Of a stretch of DNA of 64,000 nt, positions 39,801 through 58,309 are shown piece by piece. Below the pieces are notes generated by a model that worked only from the letters and a program-made list of their open reading frames with translations, had not been told where the DNA came from and made no database searches. The translations under genes were made by a program, and so were the position numbers. Positions within the stretch are counted from its first letter, which is position 1. Each line of letters begins with the position of its first letter. Source of the DNA: Dictyostelium discoideum. Its lineage: Eukaryota. The stretch spans positions 1,984,001-2,048,000 of the forward strand of contig CM000151.3 of assembly GCA_000004695.1 (NCBI GenBank), in the 5' to 3' direction.

Positions 39801-41240
39801 GAAAAACAACAAGAACAACAAGAACAACAAGAATCTATTCAATTAAATCAAACCCTAACACCAATAATACCAGATTTTCAAATTGGTAAATTTAAATTTA
39901 GTAGAGACGAAAATAATATAATAGGGAGAGGATCAAATGGTACATTAGTATTTAGAGGAATTTGGAATGACAGAATACCAGTCGCTGTTAAACAAATGCA
40001 AAAAGCTTTCAATCCTCATATTAGTAAAGAGATTGAAGTATTAATTCGTTTAACGAGTAATAATTGTTCAAATATGATTAGATATATAGATCAAGAAGAG
40101 GATCAATTATTTGTTTATTTAGGTTTAACTTTATGTGAAGAGTCATTACAAGATTTAATGGAATCTAAAAGGTATAAAGAATTTATAGAGAAAACCACCA
40201 CTACCAATATTACAACGACTTTTAATAATAATATTATTGATGAAAATTTATATGAACAAAGAATATTAAGTCTTTTTAAAGATGTTATTAATGGAATTAA
40301 CTTTTTACATTGCCAAGATATTGTACATAATGATTTAAATCCAAGAAATATTTTAGTACATAAGGGTAACTTTGTTATATCAGATTTAGGACTTAGTAAA
40401 ATGCAAGTTGAAACATCATATTCATTTACAAATAATGCACCAACTGGTCAAGAAGGTTATCATCCAATTGAAGTACTTCAAGAGAAACGTAAAACTAAAT
40501 CAGTGGATATATTTTCATTGGGTTGTATTTTATTTTATCTTTTAACCAATGGTCAACATCCATTTGGTAATAATAAATTATTAAGAGTTGCAAATATTGT
40601 CTATGATAAACCAGATTTAGAGCCATTGAAATTTAATGCACCTGCCTTGGATTTAGTTAGATTAATGATTTCCCAAGATGAAAAGAAAAGACCAACCATT
40701 GATACCATACTTAATCATCCATTGTTTTGGTCAACTAATGAAAAAATCAAATTTTATGAATCTTCTTTAAACCTTTTAAAAGATCCAAATAATTCTCAAT
40801 CAAAACATAGTAAACTATTGAATTATTATCAAAATGATAATAGTGGTGGTGTATTATTTTTATCAAAACCTTGGAATCAAATTATTGATCCATTTTTAAT
40901 TGATCATGTTGAAAATAATAATAATAATAACAATAACAATAACAATAATAAACAAAACTCTAAAAAGTTAGCAATAGTTGCATATCAATACGATCAAGTT
41001 AGAGATTTAGTTCGTTGTATTAGAAATTCCTTGGTTCACCATAAGGATATATTAAGATCAATCACTCAACAACAAAACTTACCCCCATCCTCAAAGGAAT
41101 TTGCCAATGATTGTCTAAAAAGTCAAGAATCTGTACTATTATATTTCGAATGTAAATTCCCTGACCTATTATTTCATTTATATCAACAATTTAAAAAATC
41201 AGATTTCAATTCTAAAGATTATTTAAATATAAAGTTTTAG
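36830..41240 (+). CDS. IRE1-like protein (Ser/Thr kinase + C-terminal KEN/RNase-L-type ribonuclease domain) with a long non-lumenal N-terminal region; join(36830..37395,37511..41240), about 1431 aa
   Basis: Exon 1 ends ...HFKD + AG|GTTAGT (phase 2). The 115-nt intron ends AAAAAAAAAG|A. Kinase: [12 protein letters not shown]...[34 protein letters not shown] domain: [14 protein letters not shown]...[10 protein letters not shown]...FPDLLFHLY, matching human IRE1 HPFFWS...RNKKHHYREL...FPHLLAHTY. No signal peptide or TM. Poly-N(32) and poly-Q(40) tracts. It resembles the irl (IRE-like) family, but member identity is not determinable from sequence alone. Confidence 0.8.
39513..39581 (+). repeat. 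(AAT)n microsatellite encoding poly-Asn in the IRE1-like gene
   Basis: Seen directly in the sequence. Confidence 0.9.
39706..39830 (+). repeat. (CAA)n microsatellite encoding poly-Gln in the IRE1-like gene
   Basis: Seen directly in the sequence. Confidence 0.9.
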
Positions 41241-41585
41241 TTTTGTTTTTTTCTTTTTTTAATTAAATAAAATTTGTAAAATTTGAGCTTTATATTTTTT
41301 TGTTTTTAATTTATTTAATTAATTACAATTTCTGGTTTTTTTTTAAAACATTTAAATATCGTTAATAAAATGATTATTAAAACAAGAATAAATTTAAATA
41401 GAAATCCAAGATATAAAAAAAAAAAATTAATTTATTAATAAACAATGATATTTTTCTTTTTTTTTTTTTTTTTTTTTATACATTAAGTAAATGAGTAATA
41501 GTACCATCTTAAATAGAATCTATTTTATATATTTTATTTTTAATTTTTTTTTTTTTTTTAAAAATTTTTTTTTTTTTTTTTTTTT

Positions 41586-43977
<2,392 letters not shown>

Positions 43978-44795
43978 TTTTCTTATCTATTATTTTACTT
44001 TTATTAACACTCTAAAAATGAAAAAATTATATAATAGTAATGTTAATATAACCCTATTTAAATTTTATTTATATGACAATATAAGACAAAAAAAAAAAAA
44101 AAACAAAAAAAAAGAAATTACATGATCAATGTGAGGTGCAATAATGATTAAAAAAAAAAAAAATAAAAAAAAAAATAAAATTAAAAATTGAAAAAAAAAA
44201 CACAAAAATTGAAAAAAAAAAAAAATAAAAAAAAAACCAAAAAAAAAAAAAAAATAAATTATGTATGCAATTAAGGGTATAACCCCTTGAAAATTAATCA
44301 TAAAAAAGCCATTCAGTGATGGGTTTAAAAGTCTTCAATATTTTACAGTTTTTTTGAAATCAGGTTTATTTTTTAATTTTTTTTTTTTTTAATTCTTTAC
44401 ATTTATTTTATTTTTTTTATATAAGAGTTAATTAAAAAAAAACAAAACAAAGCAAAACAAAATAAACAAATAAAATAAAATAAAATTAAAAGAAAATTAA
44501 ATAAACCACATAAATTTCATTTTTATTTTTATTTTTGTTTTTATTTTTAGAATGGATAAAACTTACTTATTACTAATATTTTATTTTAATTTCTTATTTA
44601 CCCACCTTTTCAAAATGAAATTTTCAAACAGAAAAACTAAAACTAAAAAATAAAAAAATAAAAAAAAATAAAAAAAATAAAATAAAAATAAACTGCAATG
44701 TTGGCAGAAAAAAAAAAAAAAAAATCTTTTTAAAAAGTTTTCTTTTACTATTTATTTAAAAATATAAAAATTAATGAGGGTGGACTATTTATGTG

Positions 44796-48812
<4,017 letters not shown>

Positions 48813-49227
48813 CTTGATATACCTATCTCTATCTCTTCTACCTCCTTTATTTTTTTTTTTTTTTTTTAAAAAGATTTATATTGGATGACCTTTTTTTTTT
48901 TTTTTTTTTTTTTTTTATCAATAGTTCCTTTATTATTTATTATTTATTATTTATTACTTTTATTATTTGTTTTAATTTATTATTTATTATTTTTTTTATT
49001 TGTTATTATTTATTATTTATTATTTTTATTTTTTGATTAGCAATTATATATATTTATTTATTAATTAATATCTGATATTATAATAATTAAATCTCCAAGA
49101 TTTTTTTTTTTTTTTTTTTTTCAAATTTTTTTTTTTTTTTTTCCTAAAAAATAATATACAATACCACAACAACAGGTATTAAATAAATAAATAAATATTT
49201 GTACACAATTAAATTAAACCTAGTTTG

Positions 49228-49258
<31 letters not shown>

Positions 49259-49293
49259 TTGATGGGTTATTTTAAAATTTTTTTTTTTTTAAA

Positions 49294-49326
<33 letters not shown>

Positions 49327-49509
49327 AATTTTAATTTTTTTTCCTTTAATTTTTATTATAAATTATTTTCATATGAAAAACTTTTTTTGGTTTTGTTTTG
49401 GATTTGATTTGATTTAATTGTTGGTTTTATATATATAAAACTATAATTTTAAAACCTAAGTGGTTTAATAATTTTTTTAATTTTAAAGTTTAAAAATATA
49501 AAATGCCCG

Positions 49510-49568
<59 letters not shown>

Positions 49569-50014
49569 TAAATTACTAATTTTTATATTAGTAATAAAAT
49601 AAGAGTGGTGTAGACAATACAAATTTTTAAAAATAACCACATATTATCATTTTTTTATTTTTTATTATTATTTTATTATTTTATTTTAATTTTTTTTTTT
49701 ATTATTTTTTATTTTTTATTTGAGAAGAATTGAGAGTAATGATGATATTGGCACACACACACACACACACCTTGTACCCCAATTCACAAGCAATTGAATA
49801 ATTGATATAAAATTATTTTTTATTTTATTTTTTTTTATTTTATAAAAAAATAATAATAATAATAATAATAATAACATATTAAAAAAAAAAAGAAAAAAAA
49901 AAAAAAAAGAAAAATAAAAAAAAAAAAAAAAATTAATTAATAATTTTTGTATCCATTGTGAAAATATTATTTAATTTCTACTTTTTCTTTTTTTTTTTAA
50001 ATTTATTGTTTTTC

Positions 50015-50139
50015 TTATTGTGAATCAAAAACTCTATCAAGTTTTCTATTAATATCATCGGTTGTCTCAAATGGAACAAAATTCTTTTCTAAATGAATTT
50101 TTTCTAATCTGCACCTAATAATTTTAATTTTAAAATGAT

Positions 50140-50214
<75 letters not shown>

Positions 50215-50472
50215 AATAAATAATTTTATTTTTTATTTTTTTTTTTTTGATTTTAATTTATTTTTACTTACAATTCTTTAAATTGATCATAAGATCTCCC
50301 AATTATATTTTTAGCTTCGGTTTTTAATTTCAATTTTAATTCTTGGTCTGGTATATCAAATTTCAATTTATTTAAATCATTAAAAGTTTTTAAGAAATTC
50401 TAAAATAAATAAATAAATAAATTAATAAATATGTGTGTTTTTGTTTGTGTTTGTGTTTGTGTTTGTGTTTGT

Positions 50473-50531
<59 letters not shown>

Positions 50532-52271
50532 ATATATTCTTACAGTATGTTTTTTAATTATTGATTTAACTTCATCTTTTTCTTTATTTGATTTATTAGT
50601 TATTAAAATATCAGCTATAGTTTTCCAAAATGAATTTAAAACTTTAATTTCATTATCTAAACAAGTTTCAAATTCATGTAGTATATGATTTGCACTCGCC
50701 AATTCATTATTTTCAAATTGTTGATTCGATAAGATTTTAGATTGTTTTAAAGAGGTTGAAATATAATGATAATTATTAATTTGAAAAATTACAGATTTAA
50801 TTGGTGGTTTAAAGAAATCAGTTGCAGGTTGAGTTGGAAAATCTTTTTTCGCTCTACCTTGTAAATATTTAATTAAATTTTTTAATATCTTTTCTAAGAA
50901 ACCAATAAATGATGTAGGTAATATTGTTGAAGATGCAGAATTTGATGATGATGATGATGATGATGAAGATGAAGATTTACTATTTGAAGAGGTTGATGAT
51001 GGTGCATTACTATTGCTGTTACTATTATTATTATCTTGACCTTTTAATAATAATTCAACAGAATGTTTATATTCAATTAAACGTTTAAAATAATTGATCA
51101 TATTTGAAGAGATTTCATCAACAGTTGCATCAGAGATGATTTCTTTTCTATTTGAACTTGAAATTTCTTTTTCTTCATCCAATGAGAAATCTAATAGAGA
51201 GGCACAAGTATCTTGTAAATGTTTAATTTGAGTTTTTAATTCACTAATATGTTTACCATCTCTTGAACTGATTGCAGTGATAAAGTCTGGTAATAGTTTA
51301 GTAAAAGTATCGAATAGATCTAGTAATGGGAAAATACTGAAGATTTTATCACCAGGCGTTTTTCTTACTTTAATGATTGGTTCAGTGGTTTCCAAGAGTA
51401 GTTCATGGGCAGGGTCAATGATTTCGTCGAGAATCAATTGATATTGGTTGCCAAATAATTCACTTGCCAAATCGTACTCTATCTGATAGAGACGCAATGT
51501 TTCTTGAACGTAGGAAATCAGTGGATGGGATCCCTTGACGTAGGCGAGGTTCTTGGTTTCACTGGTTTGTTTTATGAATTTCTCAGGCGCCATTTTACGG
51601 AGTGACAAAAGGATGAATTTCGATCGCTTATCTTTATACTCTTTTAAGAATGCATTGTAATGTAGTTTTTCAAATAGTTCAATATATTTGGAGATCTCTT
51701 CGACGTGGTTGGGTAGGATGATTGCTAGATAACGCTTGGAGTTGGGTAACTTCGCTATGGTGGTTGGGTCGACCAAATTGCTGATTTTGAGAAGCAATGA
51801 CTTGAAGCTGGTTTCAAGCTCGTTCAAGCCGGTGGCTTTCAATTGTTTCAAAGCGTCCATCACCTTGTCTGACGACTTGAAGTGCGATTTCTCGGCAATG
51901 TAGTCGATGGCATTGCCGACATGCTCCAATGCCAGCATGTACGACACGTAGTCTCCCTTGGCGCCGTCGTTGATTTTGGAGTCGATCTTATCGACGTCGA
52001 ATTTGTCCAGTACCGATTTCACCTGCTCCATGGTGGAATTAATATTATTGAAAATGCTCGACCACTCATTCATCGATGCATTGATGGGAGCCACATCCAT
52101 CTCCAATTGGGACAAGCCTTCATTGAATCGATCCAATATATAAATCATTTGCTTTGACATTGAATTGTTTTTCTCTAATTGCTCTTTTATGAATTGTAAA
52201 TCACGTTTATCATTCTCCAATTGGTCGTCCTGTTCGGTCAATTCCGAGGTCGCATTGTTTTTCCACGACAT
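50015..52271 (-). CDS. exoc7: Exocyst complex component Exo70; complement(join(50015..50114,50272..50399,50544..52271)), about 651 aa
   Basis: N-terminus MSWKNNATSELTEQDDQLENDKRDLQFIKEQLEK... aligns residue-for-residue with the human EXOC7 start (...FIRDSLEK 27 aa in). Main exon ends ...KKHT|GTAAGA. Acceptor ATTTTAG|AATTTC gives NFLKTFNDLNKLKFDIPDQELKLKLKTEAKNIIGRSYDQFKE + TT|GTAAGT (phase 2). A 157-nt intron carries (ATC)n. The last exon L..LEKIHLEKNFVPFETTDDINRKLDRVFDSQ* is the Exo70 C-terminal signature. Its acceptor could be 50115/50116 or 50109/50110; both are in frame. Confidence 0.75.
50136..50213 (+). repeat. (GAT)n/(ATG)n microsatellite (about 25 units) within the last intron of the Exo70 gene
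   Basis: Seen directly in the sequence. Confidence 0.9.
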
Positions 52272-52407
52272 TACCACCAAATTACTGCTTTTCAAAGCAC
52301 CTGTAGATTGAACTGTTGTCACAGAGTATTCAGAGTTTAATAGATTTCTAATATGCTCAAACTCCTCATCATCAGCTTCTGTTGGTGTCGCATAAAATAG
52401 CTAATCA

Positions 52408-52935
52408 TCAACATATTCTTTGATAACTTGGTATATTGGACCCCCATCTTGTAGACGATGCACTAGATGGTTTACGTGAATGACCTTTACTAAATACACT
52501 TGCACCTGGTTGTGGTACAACTGGTGATAATGGATTCTTATTTAGCATCATCATTGACATCATTGTATTTAAATTTTGTGCTGATGCTTGTTTACCTAAA
52601 TATGAAAATGGTGATGTTGTTGATGTTGCTGTTGGTGTATTTGATGATGGTGATGTTGATTTATTTGTATGTTGTTGTTGTTGTTGTTGTAATAATGATA
52701 AATTTGCTGAATTTCTTTTTGGTAATGTTGGTGATGTTGATTTTGTTGATGGTATAGTTGGTAATGATGAAATTCCAACAGATGATTTTAATCCTCCACC
52801 ACCACCACTACTACCACTATTTGGTGGCATACCTAATGATGTCTTTAATCCAGTTGGTGATGTAGGTGAAGGTGCATTTGATTTCTTTTGATCTAATACT
52901 GATAATCTTGCACTTAATCTTGGTGGTGCACTCAT
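52408..52935 (-). CDS. Small (175 aa) Ser/Thr/Pro-rich protein of unknown function. Either an independent gene or the 5' exon of an N-terminally extended Exo70 (see findings)
   Basis: ATG at 52935 follows typical AT-rich upstream sequence. MSAPPRLSARLSVLDQKKSNAPSPTSPTG... has varied codon use and is uninterrupted to TGA 52408, which is only 137 nt upstream of the Exo70 ATG on the same strand. Confidence 0.5.
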   Translation of the reverse strand: MSAPPRLSARLSVLDQKKSNAPSPTSPTGLKTSLGMPPNSGSSGGGGGLKSSVGISSLPTIPSTKSTSPTLPKRNSANLSLLQQQQQQHTNKSTSPSSNTPTATSTTSPFSYLGKQASAQNLNTMMSMMMLNKNPLSPVVPQPGASVFSKGHSRKPSSASSTRWGSNIPSYQRIC

Positions 52936-53249
52936 TTAAAAAAACAATATAAAAATATAATTATATTATATATTATATAATTATATTATATGTTTTTTTT
53001 TTTTTTTTTTTAATATTACAAGTTTTATTGTTGAAAATTAAAAAAGAGAAATAAAATTATATTATATGTTTTTTTTTTTTTGAATTTTTTTTTTTTGTTG
53101 ATTTTTTTTTTTTTTTTTTTTTTTTAATTTAATTAAATTTTTTTTTTTTACAGAATAAAAAACCATTTTTCGTTGTTTATTTCATTTTTTTTTTATTTTT
53201 TTTATTTGTTCTTCATCCAATAGATGAGTTGAAAAAAAAAAAAAGGAAA

Positions 53250-55714
53250 ATGGCTAATGAAATAATTACACCTACTGAAGGTGAATTAAAAAGTAAGTAT
53301 CCCCTTTTTATTTTTTTTCATTTTATTTTTATAGTATTTTAAATTAAATTATTAATTTTTATTATAACATAAAAAAAAAAAAAAAAAAAGCTATCATTGA
53401 TAAAACAGCAGCATATGCAGCAAAATTAGGTGAGAGTTTTGAAAATAAAGTTAAACAAAGAGAAGGACACAATGCAAAATTTAATTTTATGAAAGAAGGA
53501 GATCAATATTATCCTTATTATAGAAATAAAATTGTAGAGAATAAAGCAAAAATTCAAGCAGATGCAGCAGCAGCTGCCGCAGCTGCAAATCCAAAAACTC
53601 CTTCTACTACCACCACCACAACAACAACCACAACAGCAACAACACCACTACCAACAGCAACAGCAACAACAACATCACCAACTCCAACAACATCATCAAC
53701 TATAGTACCAGTACCTCAAACAAATTCAACTCAACAACTACAACAACAACAACAACAACAACAACAAACAACACCAGTATTTGAAAAACCACAACCTCCA
53801 CCCCCACCACCACCAAAAAAAGAACCAACACAACCTGATCCACTTTTATATATTTTAGATGTACCTGATTTTATGACCCCATTAGAATTGTAAGTTGTAA
53901 AATTAATTAATTTTATTGTATCTATCATATTAATTTATTAATTTTTTTTTTTTTAATAATTATTACTCTCTAGAGATACAATTAGATTAACAGCACAATT
54001 TATTGCAAAAAATGGTGATAGTTTTTTTATGGAATTAGCAAGTAGAGAAGTAAAGAATAGTCAATTTGATTTTTTAAAACCAACCAATCATTTGTATGAA
54101 TGGTTTAGAGCATTGGTAGAATCCTATGCTCAAATTATATATCCACCACAAGGTATAAAGGAGCAATTAAAGTCAAACTATTTCTCCAATAAACAAACCA
54201 TTCTAGAGAGAGCAATGAATCGTTGTGAATATAATCAACTCAAAGAGATTGAGGAACAAAAGAAAGAGGAGCGTGAGGATGAGGAGAAAACAATCATTGC
54301 CTCAATTGATTGGCATGATTTTGTAATTGTAGATACCATTGAATTCAATGAGGATGATTTAGACGACTTACCACAACCAAGAACATTTGACCAACTGATT
54401 GCTGGTGATACACCATTTGGTGGCAGTGATTTCGATAATGATGGTCATGGTTCAAATGGTAAAGGTGGTCAAGATATGGAGATGGAGATGGATATGGAGA
54501 TGGAGATGGATGATGAAGATAATAATAATAATGAGGATGAGATTGAAGAATCATCATTATCGTCAACAAATACAACAGGTAATTTACCACCAAAAGATCA
54601 ATCAAAATTAAAAATTGTTAAAGATTATCAAAAATCAAATTCATCTGTTAAATCTAATGCACCAACAAAATTAACTCAGTTATGTCAATTTTGTAAACAA
54701 GAGATACCATTGGACGAAATGCAAGAACATATGAGAATTGAATTAATTCAAAAACAACAAAGAGATTCGAGATTGGGTGGTGGTGGTAGTAGTAATAATA
54801 ATAATAATTTAACAAATACTTTAACTCAAGATGACGATATCGCAAGAAATCTTCAATCATTTGCAAGTAAAAGAGTTGATATCTTTGGTGAAACAGAATC
54901 TTCTAAGAAACAAGATGAACAACCAACTCAAGCACCAAAAGTTATTTGGGATGGTCATTCTGGTAGTATTCCAAGAGTACAAGCTGCTCAACAAGCTGCT
55001 CAATTAGCTGCTCAACAAGCTGCTCAACAAAAAGCTGCTGCTATTGCTGCTCAACAAGCATCTCAGCAACAAGCATCTCAACAACAACAACAACAATTAC
55101 AACCACCACAACCAATTGGTATTCACCATCATCCACAACGTCATTTACCACCAGGTATGATGCCTCCTGGAATGATGCCACCTGGAATGATGCCACCAGG
55201 TATGATGCCACCTGGAATGGTACCACCACCACCATTTGGTATGATTCCACCTGGAATGGTACCACCACCACCACCAGGTTTAATGATACCAACTGCACCT
55301 CCAGGATTAATGATACCACCAACACAACAACAACAATTACCTCCCCAAACAAATACATCCCCATCCTCATCCTCTTCAATTAAAGTTGAAGAACCTCAAT
55401 CTAAAAAGTTAAAGATTGATGATGTATTAATTCCTGAATCAGTTTGGTTACAAAATAATCCAAACCCTGTCAATTTAACAGTAGAAATGGCTGATAAAAG
55501 TAATATTTATCAAATTACACTTCAACCAACCGATAGTATATCTTTATTAAAAGAGAAAATTAAAGAACTTAATGGTATGCCAACTAATAAACAAAAATTA
55601 CAAGCTCCTGGTTTATCAATTTTAAAAGATACTTGTAGTATAGCTTTTTATAATTTAAAATCATTAGCAATAGTTACTTGTGGTCAAAAAAAAAAAGGCG
55701 GTAAAAAGAAATAG
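53250..55714 (+). CDS. sf3a1: Splicing factor 3A subunit 1 (SF3a120/Prp21), with SURP modules and a C-terminal ubiquitin-like domain; join(53250..53292,53391..53889,53974..55714), about 760 aa
   Basis: Exon 1 MANEIITPTEGELK + A|GTAAGT (phase 1). Acceptor AAAAAG|CT leads to TIIDKTAAYAAKLGESFENKVKQREGHNAKFNFMKEGDQYYPYYRNKI (SURP1), ending ...TPLE + TT|GTAAGT (phase 2). Acceptor CTCTAG|A leads to LDTIRLTAQFIAKNGDSFF...FDFLKPTNHLYEWF (SURP2), ...ASIDWHDFVIVDTIEF..., MQEHMRIELI, KVIWDGHSGS, a PPGMMPPGMM repeat, and Ubl ...IYQITLQPTDSISLLKEKIKELNGMPTNKQKL.... All are collinear with human SF3A1. Confidence 0.85.
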
Positions 55715-55837
55715 TTAATAGATTAATTAATAAATAAAATAAAATAAAATAAAAAAAAAAAAAAAAAAAGGATAGAAAATAATTAAGTAAAAAAAAAAAA
55801 AAAAAAAAATATTAAAAAACAATATTTAAAAATAGAT

Positions 55838-55869
<32 letters not shown>

Positions 55870-57161
55870 ATTAATAAAACATTTATTTAAATAACAATCC
55901 ACAGACAAATTACAAATTTCATCATTTAAATTAATTTGAAAGATCGAAGAAATATTTTTATTTTTATTTTTATTTTTATTTTTATTTTTTATTTTTTTTT
56001 TAAAAAATAAATAATTATAATAATAAAATATTGGAAATATTTATTTTCCATTTTATTTTATTATTTATTTTTTTTAATTTTTTAATTTTTTAATTTTTAA
56101 TTATTTTTTCTTTCAACACACACACCACCAAAACCACGCATTTTACTATTATTAGGATAATTTGCATATAATAGATAAAATATATCTCATTAAAATATTG
56201 GTGTTTTTGTGTTGTCTGTTCTTAACTTTTTTTTAAGGTTTTGAACAAAGTGTTTTTTTATTATTTTTTTTTTACTAAAAATATTTTGATATGGAAACTG
56301 TAGTGTGTTTGTTTTTTTTCATTTTTTTCATTTTTTCAACACATAAAATGGTGTTCTAAAATTAAAAAAAATAAAAAATAAAATAAAAAATAAAATAAAA
56401 AATAATTATTTATAGAAAATATTATACAAAAACCACAATATTTTCACACACACATTTTATATAACTACCCACACCAAAAAAAAAAAAAAAAAACACTTTT
56501 TTTTTAAATGTTTTATATTATTATCAATTTAATTTTTTTTTTTTTTTTTTTTTTTTTTATCATTGTAGAAACAAATAGATAGTTTTAAAATTTTTTTTTT
56601 TTTGTAATCTGTTTAGGTTTGGGGTTTTTTTTAAATAATTTATTTTTGTACTCTTTAATGAGTAATAAAAATAATAAAAATAATAATAATAATAATAATA
56701 ATATAATAGTTAAATTGTAATATATCATCATAAACTATAACAATATTTAATGTGTGTGGTGTTGTTATGTTTTGTTTTAATATATATATATATATTTATA
56801 AAATAATATAATAAAATAAAATAAAATAAAAATAAAATTAAAATTAAATATAATAAAATAATAAAAATAAATTCATAAAATAAAAAAAAATATTTATATA
56901 CTTTATATGTGCCTTAAATATTATTGGTTTTTTTTTATTTTTTATTTTTTTTTTAAGATTAAAATTATTTAACAATAATACACTAGTTACATTTATAATA
57001 ATAAAATCAACTATTAGTAATTGCTGATTGATTATCATATAACAATAAAAAAAAAAAAAAACAAAAAAAAATAAATAAACAAACAAACCTCACAAAATAA
57101 TATTTTTAAAAATAAATAAATTATTAATTGGTGTGATATAATTTTTTTCTTAGTGTTTTGG

Positions 57162-57199
<38 letters not shown>

Positions 57200-57458
57200 C
57201 TTTCTCTTTATTTTATAAATAAAATAATAAAATCATTTGCTTATTATTGCAATAATAAATATTTTAAAATAAATAATTCACTCAAAATTTAAAAACAAAA
57301 TCAATTAAACTATTTCTTTTTTTTTTTATTTTTTTTCTTTCCAACAATTATTTTTTTTAAAAAAAATAATTATTATAAGAATAATTATAAGAATAATTAT
57401 AATAATAATTATAATAATAAGAATAATAATAATAATAATAAAATAATAATTATATATA

Positions 57459-58274
57459 ATGGCAACTTCAACAACAACAACATTAAATTTTCAAATAACA
57501 ACAATAATTATACAAATAACTAGTGAAAATGTAAGTTTTAAATTTAATTATTTTTTTTTTAATCTAATCTTCAAAAAAAAAAAATTTTATGAGGTGTTCA
57601 TAATAATCTTCATAGTTTATTAATTCTTTTTTTTTTTTTTTATTTTTATTTTTTTTTTTTAAAAAATATAGGCAGATAAATTATCAATCGAAAATTCAAT
57701 AAAATCATTTAATTCATTAATTGGAAAAACATATAAAGATAGTCAAATATCAATAGCATTCAGAGAATCATTAACAAAATGGATTGAAATTTCAAATAAT
57801 AGAAATTTTGTAACCAATAAAGTTTTAGAGAATTTTTTAAAGTTTATTCACCAATCTACTTTATTTAAAACATTAAAATTTGATGAATTTATTGGTATGT
57901 GGTTTTCTTTTTTTTTTTTTTTTTTTGTTTGAAAAAAATTACTTGAATTATTTATTAATACATAATTTTAATAATAATTTAAAATTATAATAATTCCTTT
58001 AAAAATATATAGAATATATGAAATGGGCAGAAAGTGAAGATAGGTTAAGAGGTGAAATTGCAATTAATATTTTATGTACTATGGAAGGTTATTCATATTT
58101 TAAAAATTTTGAAAATGGGTTAGATTTTTTATCACAATTTGATTATTTTAAATTATCAATTACAGGAAGTTTTTTATTTTTATTTTTATTACTATTTCTA
58201 AAAAAGTTATTTTTTATTTTTTATTTTTTGTATTATTACTATTTTTAATAATTATTTAATTTTTTATTTTATTA

Positions 58275-58309
<35 letters not shown>

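Noticed and set aside
52272-52322. GTG-initiated start (MTTVQSTGALKSS...) for Exo70 as listed in the ORF track
   Set aside because: The ORF track allows TTG/GTG starts. Alignment with human and yeast Exo70 places the start at the ATG of MSWKNN (52271).
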